From assembly GCA_022605425.2 (NCBI GenBank), contig CM061250.1, positions 372,001 to 436,000 on the forward strand: DNA of 64,000 bases, in the 5' to 3' direction. Positions 14,846 through 27,567 of this stretch are shown here, piece by piece. Each line of letters starts with the position of its first letter. Position 1 is the first letter of the stretch. The stretch is from Hamiltosporidium tvaerminnensis FI-OER-3-3. Taxonomy: Eukaryota > Fungi > Microsporidia. The position numbers and the translations under genes are program-made. Below the pieces are notes generated by a model. The model had not been told where the DNA came from. It was given only the letters and a program-made list of their open reading frames with translations, and did no database searches.

Positions 14846-15548
14846 AATGAAAACACTTTATATAAAAAGGCATGAGTATAGGTCTAGAAAATAGTAGAAT
14901 ATATTTTATTTATACGCAAAATAAATATATAAAAACGCGATCTCCGAAAATAAAATTTCCAATATAAAACTTATTTTACCATTTTTTGACAAAAAGAGGC
15001 AAAAGAAACAAAATCGCAGTCATTCCTGTTCGATTTACAAGGTAATGCTAAGTTTAACGGGGACAATATTTAAGAAAATATTTTATTTAAATTATGTACC
15101 AGCGATATCGAGATAGTGTCAATGTACTAAACTAAGAATATAAAAAAATCGTGTAAAAATCGCTAATTCCTAATATACCTTAGCTTCAAGTAGTAAACTA
15201 ATAAAATTTTCCCTAACAAAATTCTCTTTACGCACAATATTCAGCAATTTATTCAACTTAAAATTTTGTTTGGCTAGTGCAATCGATTTATATAAATTTA
15301 ATATGGCTTTTTGATGTGCGTACTAAATTATTTATTTCCTTTTTTTCCAATCCTTATTTTTGAAAAGTTATTCTATTTGGCTTTAAATTCTTAAAAAACA
15401 TCAAACAAAATATTTAATTATAAAAATAAATTCATATGTATTTATAAACGTAATAAGCTTATCAATTAACAAAGTATAACTTTATTGCACATAAAAATAA
15501 AATTTCAATATCAAGGATTCCTTTATAGTATTTATTCTTTTTTATATC

Positions 15549-15680
15549 ATCGCAGGGGTTACCGATCGAGTAATGGGGTAGCGGTTATTTATGTGTAACC
15601 TAGAACTACGTTAATGTCATAAAAACAAATATAACACTTGCCACTATTGTAAAAATATGTGATTTTTTTTAATAAAAAAA
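15549..15680 (+). mobile_element. 5'-truncated copy B of the ~725-nt repeat
   Basis: Last ~130 nt of the family, ending AATAAAAAAA. Perfect 15-bp TSD ATTCTTTTTTATATC at 15534-15548 and 15681-15695. Confidence 0.9.
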
Positions 15681-18600
15681 ATTCTTTTTTATATCTATTA
15701 TTAAACACAAACTATAACATGTGGCTCAAATAAATGTGAATGAATAATCATATACACGAGCAAAATCGAATCTTAGAGCTATTAATTATCATGATAGAAT
15801 TTCCTGTTTATCTCTAACAATCAAAAAATATATATTGATAAACGCATATAAAAGCTTAGGCGCTCAAAGAATACAACATCGAACTACAACAAAGTCTGTA
15901 CATAATGAAATAAAGTCAAGATTAAAACAAATAAATTTTACCTTGGTATCTTAATAAGTGTTTATGCTAGAATAATTAGTAAAATAATGTTATCTTGGCC
16001 ATCTGAGAGATCATAATAGTAAAATGGTAGTTCAAATTGTGCTACTTGCAGAGTCAATGAATCTTAAATTTTATATTGTTTAAAAATGAAAATTAAGAAC
16101 ACCTATTCTAAGTTTTATTATATCAAATATACCATCAAGATTTTAGAAAGCATCGAAGATTTGTGTCTAAATAAAACATTTAAAATTTCTACATACAATA
16201 TACAGTTATAACTATCTAAAATAGATTTGCAGCGTTAAAATAGGAGTTTCATTGCGAATTTGAGTTATTTTTAAATTAGAAAAACCGGGCTATCTAAACA
16301 TATTGATGATTATTTTACATAAGTTTACATATGTCTTAAAAAAAATAGGATTATGTATTATTGAACTTAAAATGTAACGTTAAACATTAATATATATAAT
16401 CTCATATATTTATATCATCTTGGAAAAATTCATAAGACTATCTCTTTTAAAAATTTTAGTACACCTAGAATCAGTTTGAGAGTTTGAAATCGCAGAAAAT
16501 ATCTTATGCACTCTATTACATATATTTTTCATGCTTTTCTTTTTAAAATATTAAATATGCGCGCTAGATTGAAAATAAATAATATTCGAGTATCGTAAAA
16601 GAAGTTCGTCAGAATAAATTTTTGTTTCATGATTTCCCGCTTCTACGAAATAAGCCGTTATTCTGAAGTATAGTAAAAAAATGATGCTATTTTTGTGATA
16701 TAATTTTAGATTTGGCTTTTATTTGAATGAGAAAATTTGACTATTACGAAACTTATATTTAATTCTAATTATTAAGTTAGAATATTGTTTTTTGAACGAT
16801 TAAGATGCTTTCTCAAAGTACTATAAGCATTTTAGGTATGGTAAAAATGTATGGTTTTACGGTATTTTGTACAGAATTAGCATTAATAATCTAATTTATA
16901 TACAATAAGGTCTCATAAATTAAATGAATTATTTCTGATTCTAAGACTTTAAATATGGTTTTTATGTATATATATATTAATATATTTTTTTGGATTATTC
17001 TGTTTTAGAATTATCTTTGAAATATGAAAGTGTATTGAGATGTTTAGATATATATAGCTGATTTTATGGTTATAGCTATAACTTATACACAAAAAAATAT
17101 CTGATTTAAAATTAAGCTTATATAAAATATATTTGCTGGTAAATCTGTATTTTTTATGCTATGTATATTCAATATTTAAACACAAATTATCTTAGTCTAA
17201 ACATCAGAAAGTTTCTATATGCGCGATTTAAGCATTGATTCGCGTTCGTATTTTATGATCAGACTAATTATATTTTGAAATTTAGCATTTGAAGCCATCA
17301 ATAAGCTATTAAAAATTTAACAGTCTTTTGATCTAAAATCCGTTAGAATATAAATTTGTCAGGCGACTTGTTTTTTTTCTTTTTTAGCATGAGTCTAAAT
17401 CTTACACATTATTTAATTATAATAATTTACCGTTTTCGAGCTTATTTCTAAGACAATAGTTGTCTATGTTAAAAGTATGTTAATCATTTTTACAAAAAAA
17501 TATTTTATTTTACTGTTTTGAAATTTTATCTTAATGAATTAGCAAAAAATATGGGGAGAAATGTATTTGTAAAATATTTTTCAGTTTAAATAGAATCTTA
17601 GATCCAATTAACTTAGCCATTGCCACTGACATAAAACACATAGGATTGATACTTAAATTTGAAAAATATGAACGGTTGATATAAATATTATCGCGGAAAA
17701 TAAAACATTGGTATATATGTATTTTTTTCGGGGGTATTTAGGTATTTAAATGGAATAAATTCTTTACAATAATAAAAATTCTTGTATAATTTTTTTTGAG
17801 TACAATTTATTTTTAGAATAAGAAAGTTTTTGAAATAATATTAGCGACTATTCTAGGAGTTTTGCAACATTAAAAACGTAAGATTTCTCGAATCCTTATT
17901 CATTTTCGAAAACAATAATTCTAAATATAATAAATTATGAAATTTTTCATTTCGGTAACAGCTTTTTTATAATTTTGCTTGGGTTTTATATACCATAAAA
18001 TAAAAAATATATGTTTAGATTACATTTTACGTATAAAAACGAGGGGGTAAAATCAGGTCATACACATTCGCTTTTTCGTAACTTACATTTTTAGCGAATC
18101 TTTGCTTTATCAAATTGTGATAATTTAACCAGATGTGGCATAAAAATTTCAATTTATGCATATTAGCTAGCATAATTTTTTTTATATAAAATAAATAATT
18201 GGATTCAAAATAAAATATCTGCGTTCGAACAATTTAATCAAACTAGCGAAGAGAGAAATAGCAAGAAATTCACAGTTAGATTTTGAAATATTTTATAAAA
18301 GACGAAATTTTAAAAGAAACGCAATAATTTGGGTACTAGATTTTAAAATCAGAATAATTGCATTTTTATACAACCATGTAATAAAAATGTAAAAAAGCGG
18401 AGTAGCATTGGTTTGTTAAATCCTTTTATGTTGTTCGAAGTCTCTTATTAAAATCAAGTCTGTGAAACGTGCGTACAAAAATTTATGATTAAATATATTT
18501 TTAAAAATGCGTTAATAACTAAATATGTAATAGTTGGAATCATGTAATCTAATTATTAAAATTTTTTCGTTTTATGGCTAGTATGGTTATAAAATTTTCT

Positions 18601-21600
18601 TTGTTTGTTTTTCATTTTCGGTTTATTTTACGTCATGCTGATACTATTCTCCTGATTATAGTGTAGATTTTAATTATTTCTAGTCCTGTGATTTCTCTAA
18701 GATAATTTTACAAGTTATGATCTTAGGTTTTCTTTAAATGCCCTTGTTTTATACTGAAAATTCTACCATTGATTTTTTATATTCTATACAAGTTCTCTGA
18801 TCTTATATTTATATATTTAATTATAATTTTGAAACTTCTTATATTTATGCAATTTATCTTTCACTTTTATCGGGTAAAATTCTTTTCTTATACATAATAT
18901 GTTGTCGGGACGAGATTTACATAGAGTTTAAACTATAAAAAAGTAAAGGTAAACAAATTTCTCGAGCAATTGTAACATAAAGACAATATAAATTATCCGA
19001 AATTCGGCAGAAAAAATAATTACTTTTGGTTTATCAGTAGAAGTTATTTTTTCCGTAAAAAGGGGCAAAATACTAAAGGAAAAAGCCCTTTTTGATTTCA
19101 ACTTTGATTTATTTTAGTAATTATAATTCCATGTAGACTTTCTTTCGCTTACAAATATAATATATATTTAATTTAAATTGATTTTCTTAGAGCGAATTAA
19201 GACAGATATGAAGTTAAAATTTAAAGCAGTGTTTTTAATAATAAAATAATAAACTTTATTACACCTTTAATTAGCAGGCAAATTACAAATTTTTAAAGAA
19301 AAAAAAAATATTTTCAAAACAAAGTAAGAAGATAATTCTAAAGGTAAAAATTTTTAGCTCTCAGACACTTTATATTTTATTTAAAGACTTTATGGATCTT
19401 AAAGCTCATGGAATGAAAAGATAATTGGCTTAGTAAATAGACTTATTTAGCCTTCATCTAAGAGAATTGAACAAATTTTATAAATCATTTTCTAAATATG
19501 AGGATGTATTTTATTTACTAACTTATAAATGAAAATTCAATAAGAAGTAGTCAGATGGAACACATTCTTTGTATTCTTTAATAGATAAGTTGTAGAAATA
19601 ATGATAATATGATTTATTTAGTGTAGACGTCTTATGAGAAATCAATAGCGGATTACAAAGATTATTTAGTGGAAATATTCTTTATAGAAGAAACTATGGA
19701 TTAAATGATGAGTATATGCTGCCTGTATTAGATATAGTTTTTTCTAAATTTTTAAATTATAAATAGAACTTGAATATAAAACAACTTATTACTCAGAATT
19801 AAGTTATATTTAATATGACCGTTTCATTTTTTAGGAAATAAAATAATATACGTTTAATAACTGTCACAAATTTATCATATATTATCAATACAATTTACAT
19901 CACTAAATGGTTTAACCTTTAAAACATGTTTTTATAAGATCTTATGCTAATTACTTTTCCAATTATTGCATAGCTTACGTATATCAATTCTAATTTTAGT
20001 AAAACATTTAAAATATAATAAAACAATTAAAATTTTTACGTTTCTAAATTTTACCAAGAGAAAGCTTATTATTCTCATATTCAAATATATATTTGAACAA
20101 AGTACATAGAAGAGTTCTTTACTATGAAATTACAGAAAAGCAAATATAAGTGTTAGAAAATACATTATGTAGTTATTTAAATTGAGAAAAAGCTGTTGAT
20201 TAACTTTCTTGTATTCTATAAAGCTATTGAGGTCGAAATATTTCAAGTAAAATTTGTTCGAAATAAAATAAGGCGAGTTAGGTGTGAAAATATTTATTAG
20301 TATGTTGTGAGATAAAATCACATATATTTTCGGCTTTCTAAACTATAAATATAAGAGTTGAAGATTCTATAACAATGTAACTGTTTACCATAGGTTTGTA
20401 ATTGGTTGTTTATATAGCTTGTAATCAATAACTAAAGTTGTATTCTTGGTTAAAAAAAGGCACGAAAACTTTATCTGCTCTCCTGATCACGAACTTAGCC
20501 TAACAAATATTCAATTAAACTTTCGAAATTTAGGGCGTTAATTTAAGATTTGAATCTTTTGAAAAACATTGTAATGGCTATACGAGCCTCGTGAATGTCT
20601 CATAAATCTTTGCTATTGTTTTTTTGTTCGCTAAGTATTGACTAATTTTTATTACTTTAGTCTTGAGGGATTCAAATTTGGTTTGCATCTGCGATATAAA
20701 GCTTGTTAGGAGATTTTAAACAGCACGGCTGAGCCATTATATTTAAAATTTGTTCAGTATTTTTTTGAAAAGCTTGAGATTGGATATCTAGGAGTACTAA
20801 TGGTAAGTTCGGCAAGCAGCTTTACTATAGATCGACAAGAACCGGGCATAATATGAAAATATTGAGCGGTTTCCAATTTTAATATATGATGGATGTATTT
20901 AAATTCAACTAACACTATACTTCTTGGTTAAAATCATAAGCAGTAATATTTAAATATAAGAGAATGTTACAAATTTATACTAAAATGTGTCTCCTTTATC
21001 ATAGATTTGAAACGCTCACAAGACGCCATAAAAAAATAAGAGAAAATGATTTATAATGGAAAAGATAAGAGATGGTATTTCTAGTTAGTTTTTTCTATAC
21101 AGTTTATACTATTTTGAAAAATTAAATAAAATTTTGTTTTTTAAAATGATACCATCTGTTATTTCATTTTATATCCTATAATGTTTTATTGTAGCCTATA
21201 GTATTCTTTGTTTTCGAAAAAATATAATAATGTAATTTTTAAAATATATTTAGTTTTTAAGAATAGAAAACATTACAATATTTGTTATTTGCATTTTTTT
21301 ATTAAATATATTTTATCATATAAGAATTGGATAATTGCAAAGGAACCGCAAATTTGACTTAACAGAAAACCTATGTGGTTTTACTCTAAACGAAATAACC
21401 CTTTCCTTAAAGTTTTGATCTTTTTAAAATAAGAAAACTGTCTAATTTAAATTTAACGTTTTAATAAAACTTTTGTCTATATTCTAAGTTTTCGATACAT
21501 TGTGTAAAACTTTAAAACTTCTTACAAAAATATCATTGGTTCTGTTTTTCGAAAGTATTTTTCTCAGTATGTGATACTTATTCCCTTAAATCTAAATATT

Positions 21601-24600
21601 TAGCTTTTCGGGCAAAAAAATTGTCTTATTTCAACAGCAATTTATAATTTTTCATGCCTGATCATTCATCAGTATTTTTTTTTCTTTTTCAACATAAAAT
21701 ATCTGCTAAGACTTTAATAAAATTTAGTATCTATGTTTAGTCAAAATTCAATATAAAAACATACTAACATTGATAGAAAACAACTATCATTGTTCTTTAT
21801 TCTTTATATTTTAACTACAGAAATATTTAAATAAAACTACAAAAATGAATCGACACTTTGTTTTTGAATTTTTTACATATTAATTTACTAAACGTCTACA
21901 TTGTAACAGATATTGGAAAAACCCTAGAACAAAATATTCATATAGAACATTTTCTATTTAAGGAAAGGCATTAGTTTGTCTATTTCATTTAAAATATAGT
22001 CTAGTAATCATCGAATAAATTTAAGAAAATATTTTCGGTTTTCTATTGCAAGGGATACGTAAGTTTTTCAATTTTTCTTTAGGTTAATTCGTTCTTTTTT
22101 AAACTGTATAGAAAATTTTCTTAGCAATCAGGCTTCAAACTTGCATATATTTATAGGTTGTTTAAAATTCAATAAAAAGCCTCTTGAAATGCAGAACCGT
22201 AAAACTACTTAAAAAAATATTAACTGTTGTTTTGTCTTGCGGCAAATCAAATAAAAGCAGATCAAAAAATAGTTTTCAAGAAAAAATTCTGTTATTTATT
22301 ATGTAAACTGTCTCCATAATAAGAATCTAAAGGAATCCGAAAAAGCGAATTCTTTTGTCGACACATCCGAATTATTTTGTATTTTTATGGATTTATCTAT
22401 ATTTTCCTGTATTAAAATGTTCAAATCCTGTCATGCATTTTATTTCAACGTTCACTACAATATACGACGACATTAACAAAGGTTTGTATATATTGTAGGA
22501 TCTAAACAAATTACTACGAGATGTTCAAAAATGTACGAGAAACGTAATATTATGAAAATATATTGTGTAAAAAAAGCTTTCATAGTATAAAAAAAAGTTT
22601 TTTTTGATTATAAAGATTACAAATTTACTATCTTCTGCAACATCAAAAAATTTTAAGCAAACAACAATCTATGCTTTAAAAAGCCGAAATATAATATAGG
22701 TCTGCTTTTATAATTAGATAAAAAAATTTGTGTCTGGGAAAACATCATTTAGTAAATTTTACTCATCTATACATGTGTTGGAAAGAAATATGAGCCAAAT
22801 ATACTTTTTTGATATAGAAATTGAAATTATTGAATGTATTTTTAAAATCGTGATACACTAAATACTATATTTAACAAAAAACGCAAACGAGAAACTCAAC
22901 AAGAGCCTCATAGAAATAATTTCTTATAAGAAGAAAAGATTATCTTTAAATAAAATATATTTAGTGTAACTTCTCTTATCTTTAAAATTCTATGGAGAGA
23001 TAGTGTTTACGAAATTATATTTCTCAGTATAATAGTTTCTTGTCTGGAAAATGAAATATGTATGTTGATTAAATGTTTTGTGAGCTTTGATATTAACTGC
23101 TGTTTTTTTTATTTATAGAGGGAAAATAATATTTTAATTACCTAGATCGCTACCTAACCCGTAAAAAAAGTAATACCAGCTCGTGCTTGTCTCGTCAATC
23201 CATTCATCTTTAAGATCACAATTTTAGATCAGACTCTTTTATAGCGATGCATTTTTACTTTAATAAGATTAAAAATATTAGCTTAATTTCTAGTGAATTT
23301 AATAATTCATATCAACCCTTATATGTTTGCACTTCATCGGTAGGTTGTAAAAAAAATCTTGCATTAGAGTAAATTTATATTTTTTGCTATATAATTTGCT
23401 TTTCGTGCACAAATCACTGTATGCCTGAGACAAAAATAATAAATTATATATTCTCTATAAATAAAGATTGTGCATCTTGGAGTATAGTTGATAAAAAAAA
23501 CTTATTTCTGGAATTTATATGCCAAAATTTACTGTAACGAAGAGCTAAAAAACCAGACCGATCTAGAAACGTTTCAAACGCAAGTAACTAAACCTAGATA
23601 GAAAATTTATGCAGAAAAGCAAAAGCAATATATGGTCTGTCATATTTTTTGCTTAGATTCATCTTTTTCTGGTGTTATTTTCTTTCTGTTTTAATTCTGT
23701 AATAAAGAGCAAATAAATTTGTGGAACCAACATATTTAATTTTTTATAGAACTAGTTTGTATCCAAATATATAAGACAAACAATTTGTTTTTCTTCAGTT
23801 TGATCTGAACAGATTATATTGCAGGTGAATAAATAATGTTTCATAAACTGCGTTATGTTAGAACAGAAATATTACTAAAGTAGAACTGATTACAGACGAA
23901 TCTATACACCGAAATTTATTTTTTAGTAACGCTTCATTATTTGGAAACGATACAACCGAATATGAAACTCATCTGCAACAATATACCTAATGGTAATTTT
24001 TATTTTTTTCCTGTAAACTTTTTTATATCTCAATAAAAAAAGAGCAAACATGCATGTTTACTAGAACAGTCTAAAAATATGCACTGGCTATTAATATCAC
24101 CAGATGTTAAATTTACTATTTAGGTCTTCACATTTTATTATTATAAAAATGTTTCTTACAAATTATGTGAAATTCGTAAGACATAAATACTCTATCAGGT
24201 GGCTTGTGTTTACGTTCAGAGCATTTAATGCCTTTCTCTATCAAAAATCGAGGGTTTGCAAGCCTGTCTTATTGCGATAAAATATGATTTAAGGGTATGT
24301 TTATGAAATTTTTATTAAATATGCTTTTATACTCAAAAAATAAACACTTAATAAAAAAATTAATACAAATAATTTATATAATTTACTGGATTTAGACTTT
24401 TTACACTATTTATCTCTCTTAATGCAATCTACATATTTTCATGTTAGAAAATAATAGTAATGCTTTTAACACCGGCATATAACAGTATCAGATTGAAAAT
24501 TTAGGTTGTGAGCTATTTAGTGAAAACTTTCGGTTTAGCGACATATCACTGTATAATTGAACAATAGAGCCGATGAAATTAAAGATTATACGATTTCTTA

Positions 24601-27497
24601 AAAGGCAGTAGTTTTAAAGAAAAAAAGAACATGCGTAATTTTTTTTACCTATAGTTTAATTGCTTTAAATAGATTTTGGGACGCTTATCGGAATGTGAAC
24701 TTGTAAACAGATTTGTTGATTTTGTTTAGATGAAAGAATTCGAAAAACCTAATAGATTAATCTAGTTATTTTATAAATTTTCTCTTTCATTGTTACTTTA
24801 TTATTTCCATTTGTTAAAATACTTCTATCTTATTTGAAAACTACGAGAACAAATATATTTTCTTAATGTTACATTCTTGGTTTACACTTTATACATATAA
24901 CGAGGTCTAAGGAGAGCTTAAAAAATCAAAAATTAATACAGCATTTATTTGTTTAAACCTTTTCATTACCAAAATGTATTTTACTTTATACTGGCTTGGG
25001 AAGAATCAACAAAGTATAAATCAAAATTTTAAAATATTCAAGTCAAAAAATATAAATACATGTGATTCAACCAAACTGAGATATTGTAAATACATCAGAT
25101 AAAACAAACGAAGACGTGGTACAAACAAAACTACCTATGGCCTAGATTCAATTATGATGTTCTTATAATCGTCTTTGTTTTATTATATTTTGTTCAAAGA
25201 TATCATAAACTTGTAGATATCAAGCATAATATAAAATATGTTTAAATTATAAACTTTATTTTAAAATCTAGAAATTGATTATATCTATAATTTCTTGATT
25301 AACTATTTACCACAAGAAAAATCTAAAACAAAATTACAAACTGTATGTTTTAAGGTGATATTTTTTGAAATAATAGTCATTTAATTATCTAATCGCGCTT
25401 GTAAATATATATAAAAGATGTTAGGCTAGCAATTATTTATGTAATAGATATATTATGTAAAATTTATTTAAAATTTATTGATCATATTCTTGTATTTACT
25501 AATCAGAGATTAAAAATGCTTTATAAATAATATGTTATTGGGTCGAGTTAAATTGATCTTTACAAATGACTATGCAAAAACAAGCTACTATTATTTAAGA
25601 TATAATATGTTAAAAATATTAGATTTTTGGAATCTGACATGAGGAACAAGCGGTAAGTCTCATTTATTTCCATAGATGTGTTTACTGCGGATATAGAACA
25701 ATTTTCTTCCTATAAATGTATAAAATATTTGTCCTGTATATTATCAAGAAATGATATCTCATATTTTATACGACATAAAATGCTTTAAAATGCTACTAAC
25801 TTGATGATCAAAATATTTTGTAAGTTTATGTTGTTTTGAAAATAAGATTGTTTAACTAAATATACATGCTGAACCTACAAGATTTTAAGCCTTAAACTGC
25901 ACAATTTAAATTAGATACATTAAGACAACGTTTTTTGGCTGTTTTTTTGTTCAAAATCGATAAATCAAATAAAATTTAAATGTCATATGTATAAGAAATT
26001 AATCTATAAAAGCTTATTTACAAATTTATGGTTTTTTATGCTTAAATAGCTCAGTAATATAAAATAGCTTATATTATCTAATGTAGAATATTCTTTTCGT
26101 TTATAAGAAGATTTTTATTTAAACTTACAATTTTAAAATAATAGGTAAATATGTGTATTAAATCGTACACAGAGTTGATCTCGAATGGGAAACGAAATTA
26201 ATTAAACAAATCATTTAGATTTGTGTATACATATTTTTTCAGGGTATATAAATCAGATTGAAATTTTTTTTGTAAAGTTTATACAAATTAATAAAATTAT
26301 TGGAAAATATATCTGCAATCACGAAAATGTTATTTGCTATACAAATCTTTCTATTTTTAATAGATTAGTAAAAAGGATGTATAAATTATGGTTATCTGAA
26401 TATAATAGGTTCTAAATATGGTTGAAGTTAACATTCATTCAGATATAAATAGTACTAACTCGGTCTAACATATTTAACGCATATAATTTCTTGGTATGTT
26501 CATTTAATCGAAATAATACAAAAAGAAAATTATTTTCTTCTTTGGTATTAGCTGTTTTTTTGAATACAAAAGATAGTAATAATTGTATTTAGTAAACCAA
26601 TATTTTATATATAGTTGAGCCACTAAAAATCATTTAGTATAATACATATAAATCCTCGAACATCGAGATAAAAGGGAACAGTAATAAGCAAGTAAATAAG
26701 TAATAATGCATCTAAGAGTTATATATGAATTAAATGTGTATGTTTATAATTTTCAGGTTTGGATTTTATGATAGGTTACAAAAAAATTGTCAGAAGATTA
26801 CAGATTTCAATAAACTTTGAGGATTAATAAATGCTAAATCACTGATATAATATATTTAAAGAATTTTTAACGTCACAAGTGAAAAAAATTATGATCTTAC
26901 TTATGCTAATAATACGATCCTTTGGGTAATTGAGACGGATTTTTTAGGATTGAAAAGACTTTTTAATATATAATATGTTTTTACAGAAATAGTTGTTTAA
27001 AAAAAATATCTTAAACAAAATACCAACGTGTATTTTCTAAGATGGGTAAGTATCGTTAAATAGGCCCAATCTCTGCAGTTGCGTTAGCACCGCAGAATAA
27101 GCAAAAATTCTACTAAAAAGACTAATACAAACACGTTTGACCCTTACTACAGTTTAAGCTGTAATATATTTTAACTTATTTCTTTTAAGTCTAATAACCT
27201 GTTATATTTATCTCAGGCTACAATTTTAATTTAGAGATTTCGTGATATCGGAGATTATAATTACTAAGTTATCGTTGTATAACATTTTTTGCGTGCATTG
27301 TTTTACATAAAACTTGCTGGAAGTTTTCAAATTTCCGATAAACTAAAACCTTGGCATATCATGCCACGAATTCGGCGGATAGCTCTATCGCGGCTCGCTT
27401 TTGGCCACGGCTCGCATTTTAGTATCTGCTATACTGATTGTACCCGAATTTAGTCAGTTATTCTTACGTACACTTCATATATACATTGCAAAGTAAT

Positions 27498-27567
27498 AAC
27501 TGTAACTCCGCTAAAGCTTGTGTTACTACTCTCGCTGGCCTTAAGCCCGGATAAAGTAGGAGGGTTG
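27498..27567 (+). ncRNA. twister self-cleaving ribozyme (type P1), partly degenerate
   Basis: U|AA-CUCC-GC...G-CUGG-CCUUAAGC-CCGG-AUAAA-GUAG-GAGGG-UUG matches the twister core UAACUCCGC...CCGGUCCCAAGCCCGGAUAAAGGAGGAGGG recalled from plant and Schistosoma RTE-associated twisters. P2 is 27506-09/27556-59 (one mismatch), P4 is 27535-38/27547-50, T2 is GC 27510-11/27545-46. Confidence 0.8.

Noticed and set aside
27345-27420. GC-rich patch with TGGCAT/ATGCCA hairpin and two CGGCTCGC words upstream of the twister
   Set aside because: Possibly a hAT-MITE scrap, but no TIR pair or TSD could be established, and it lies outside the LINE's candidate TSD.
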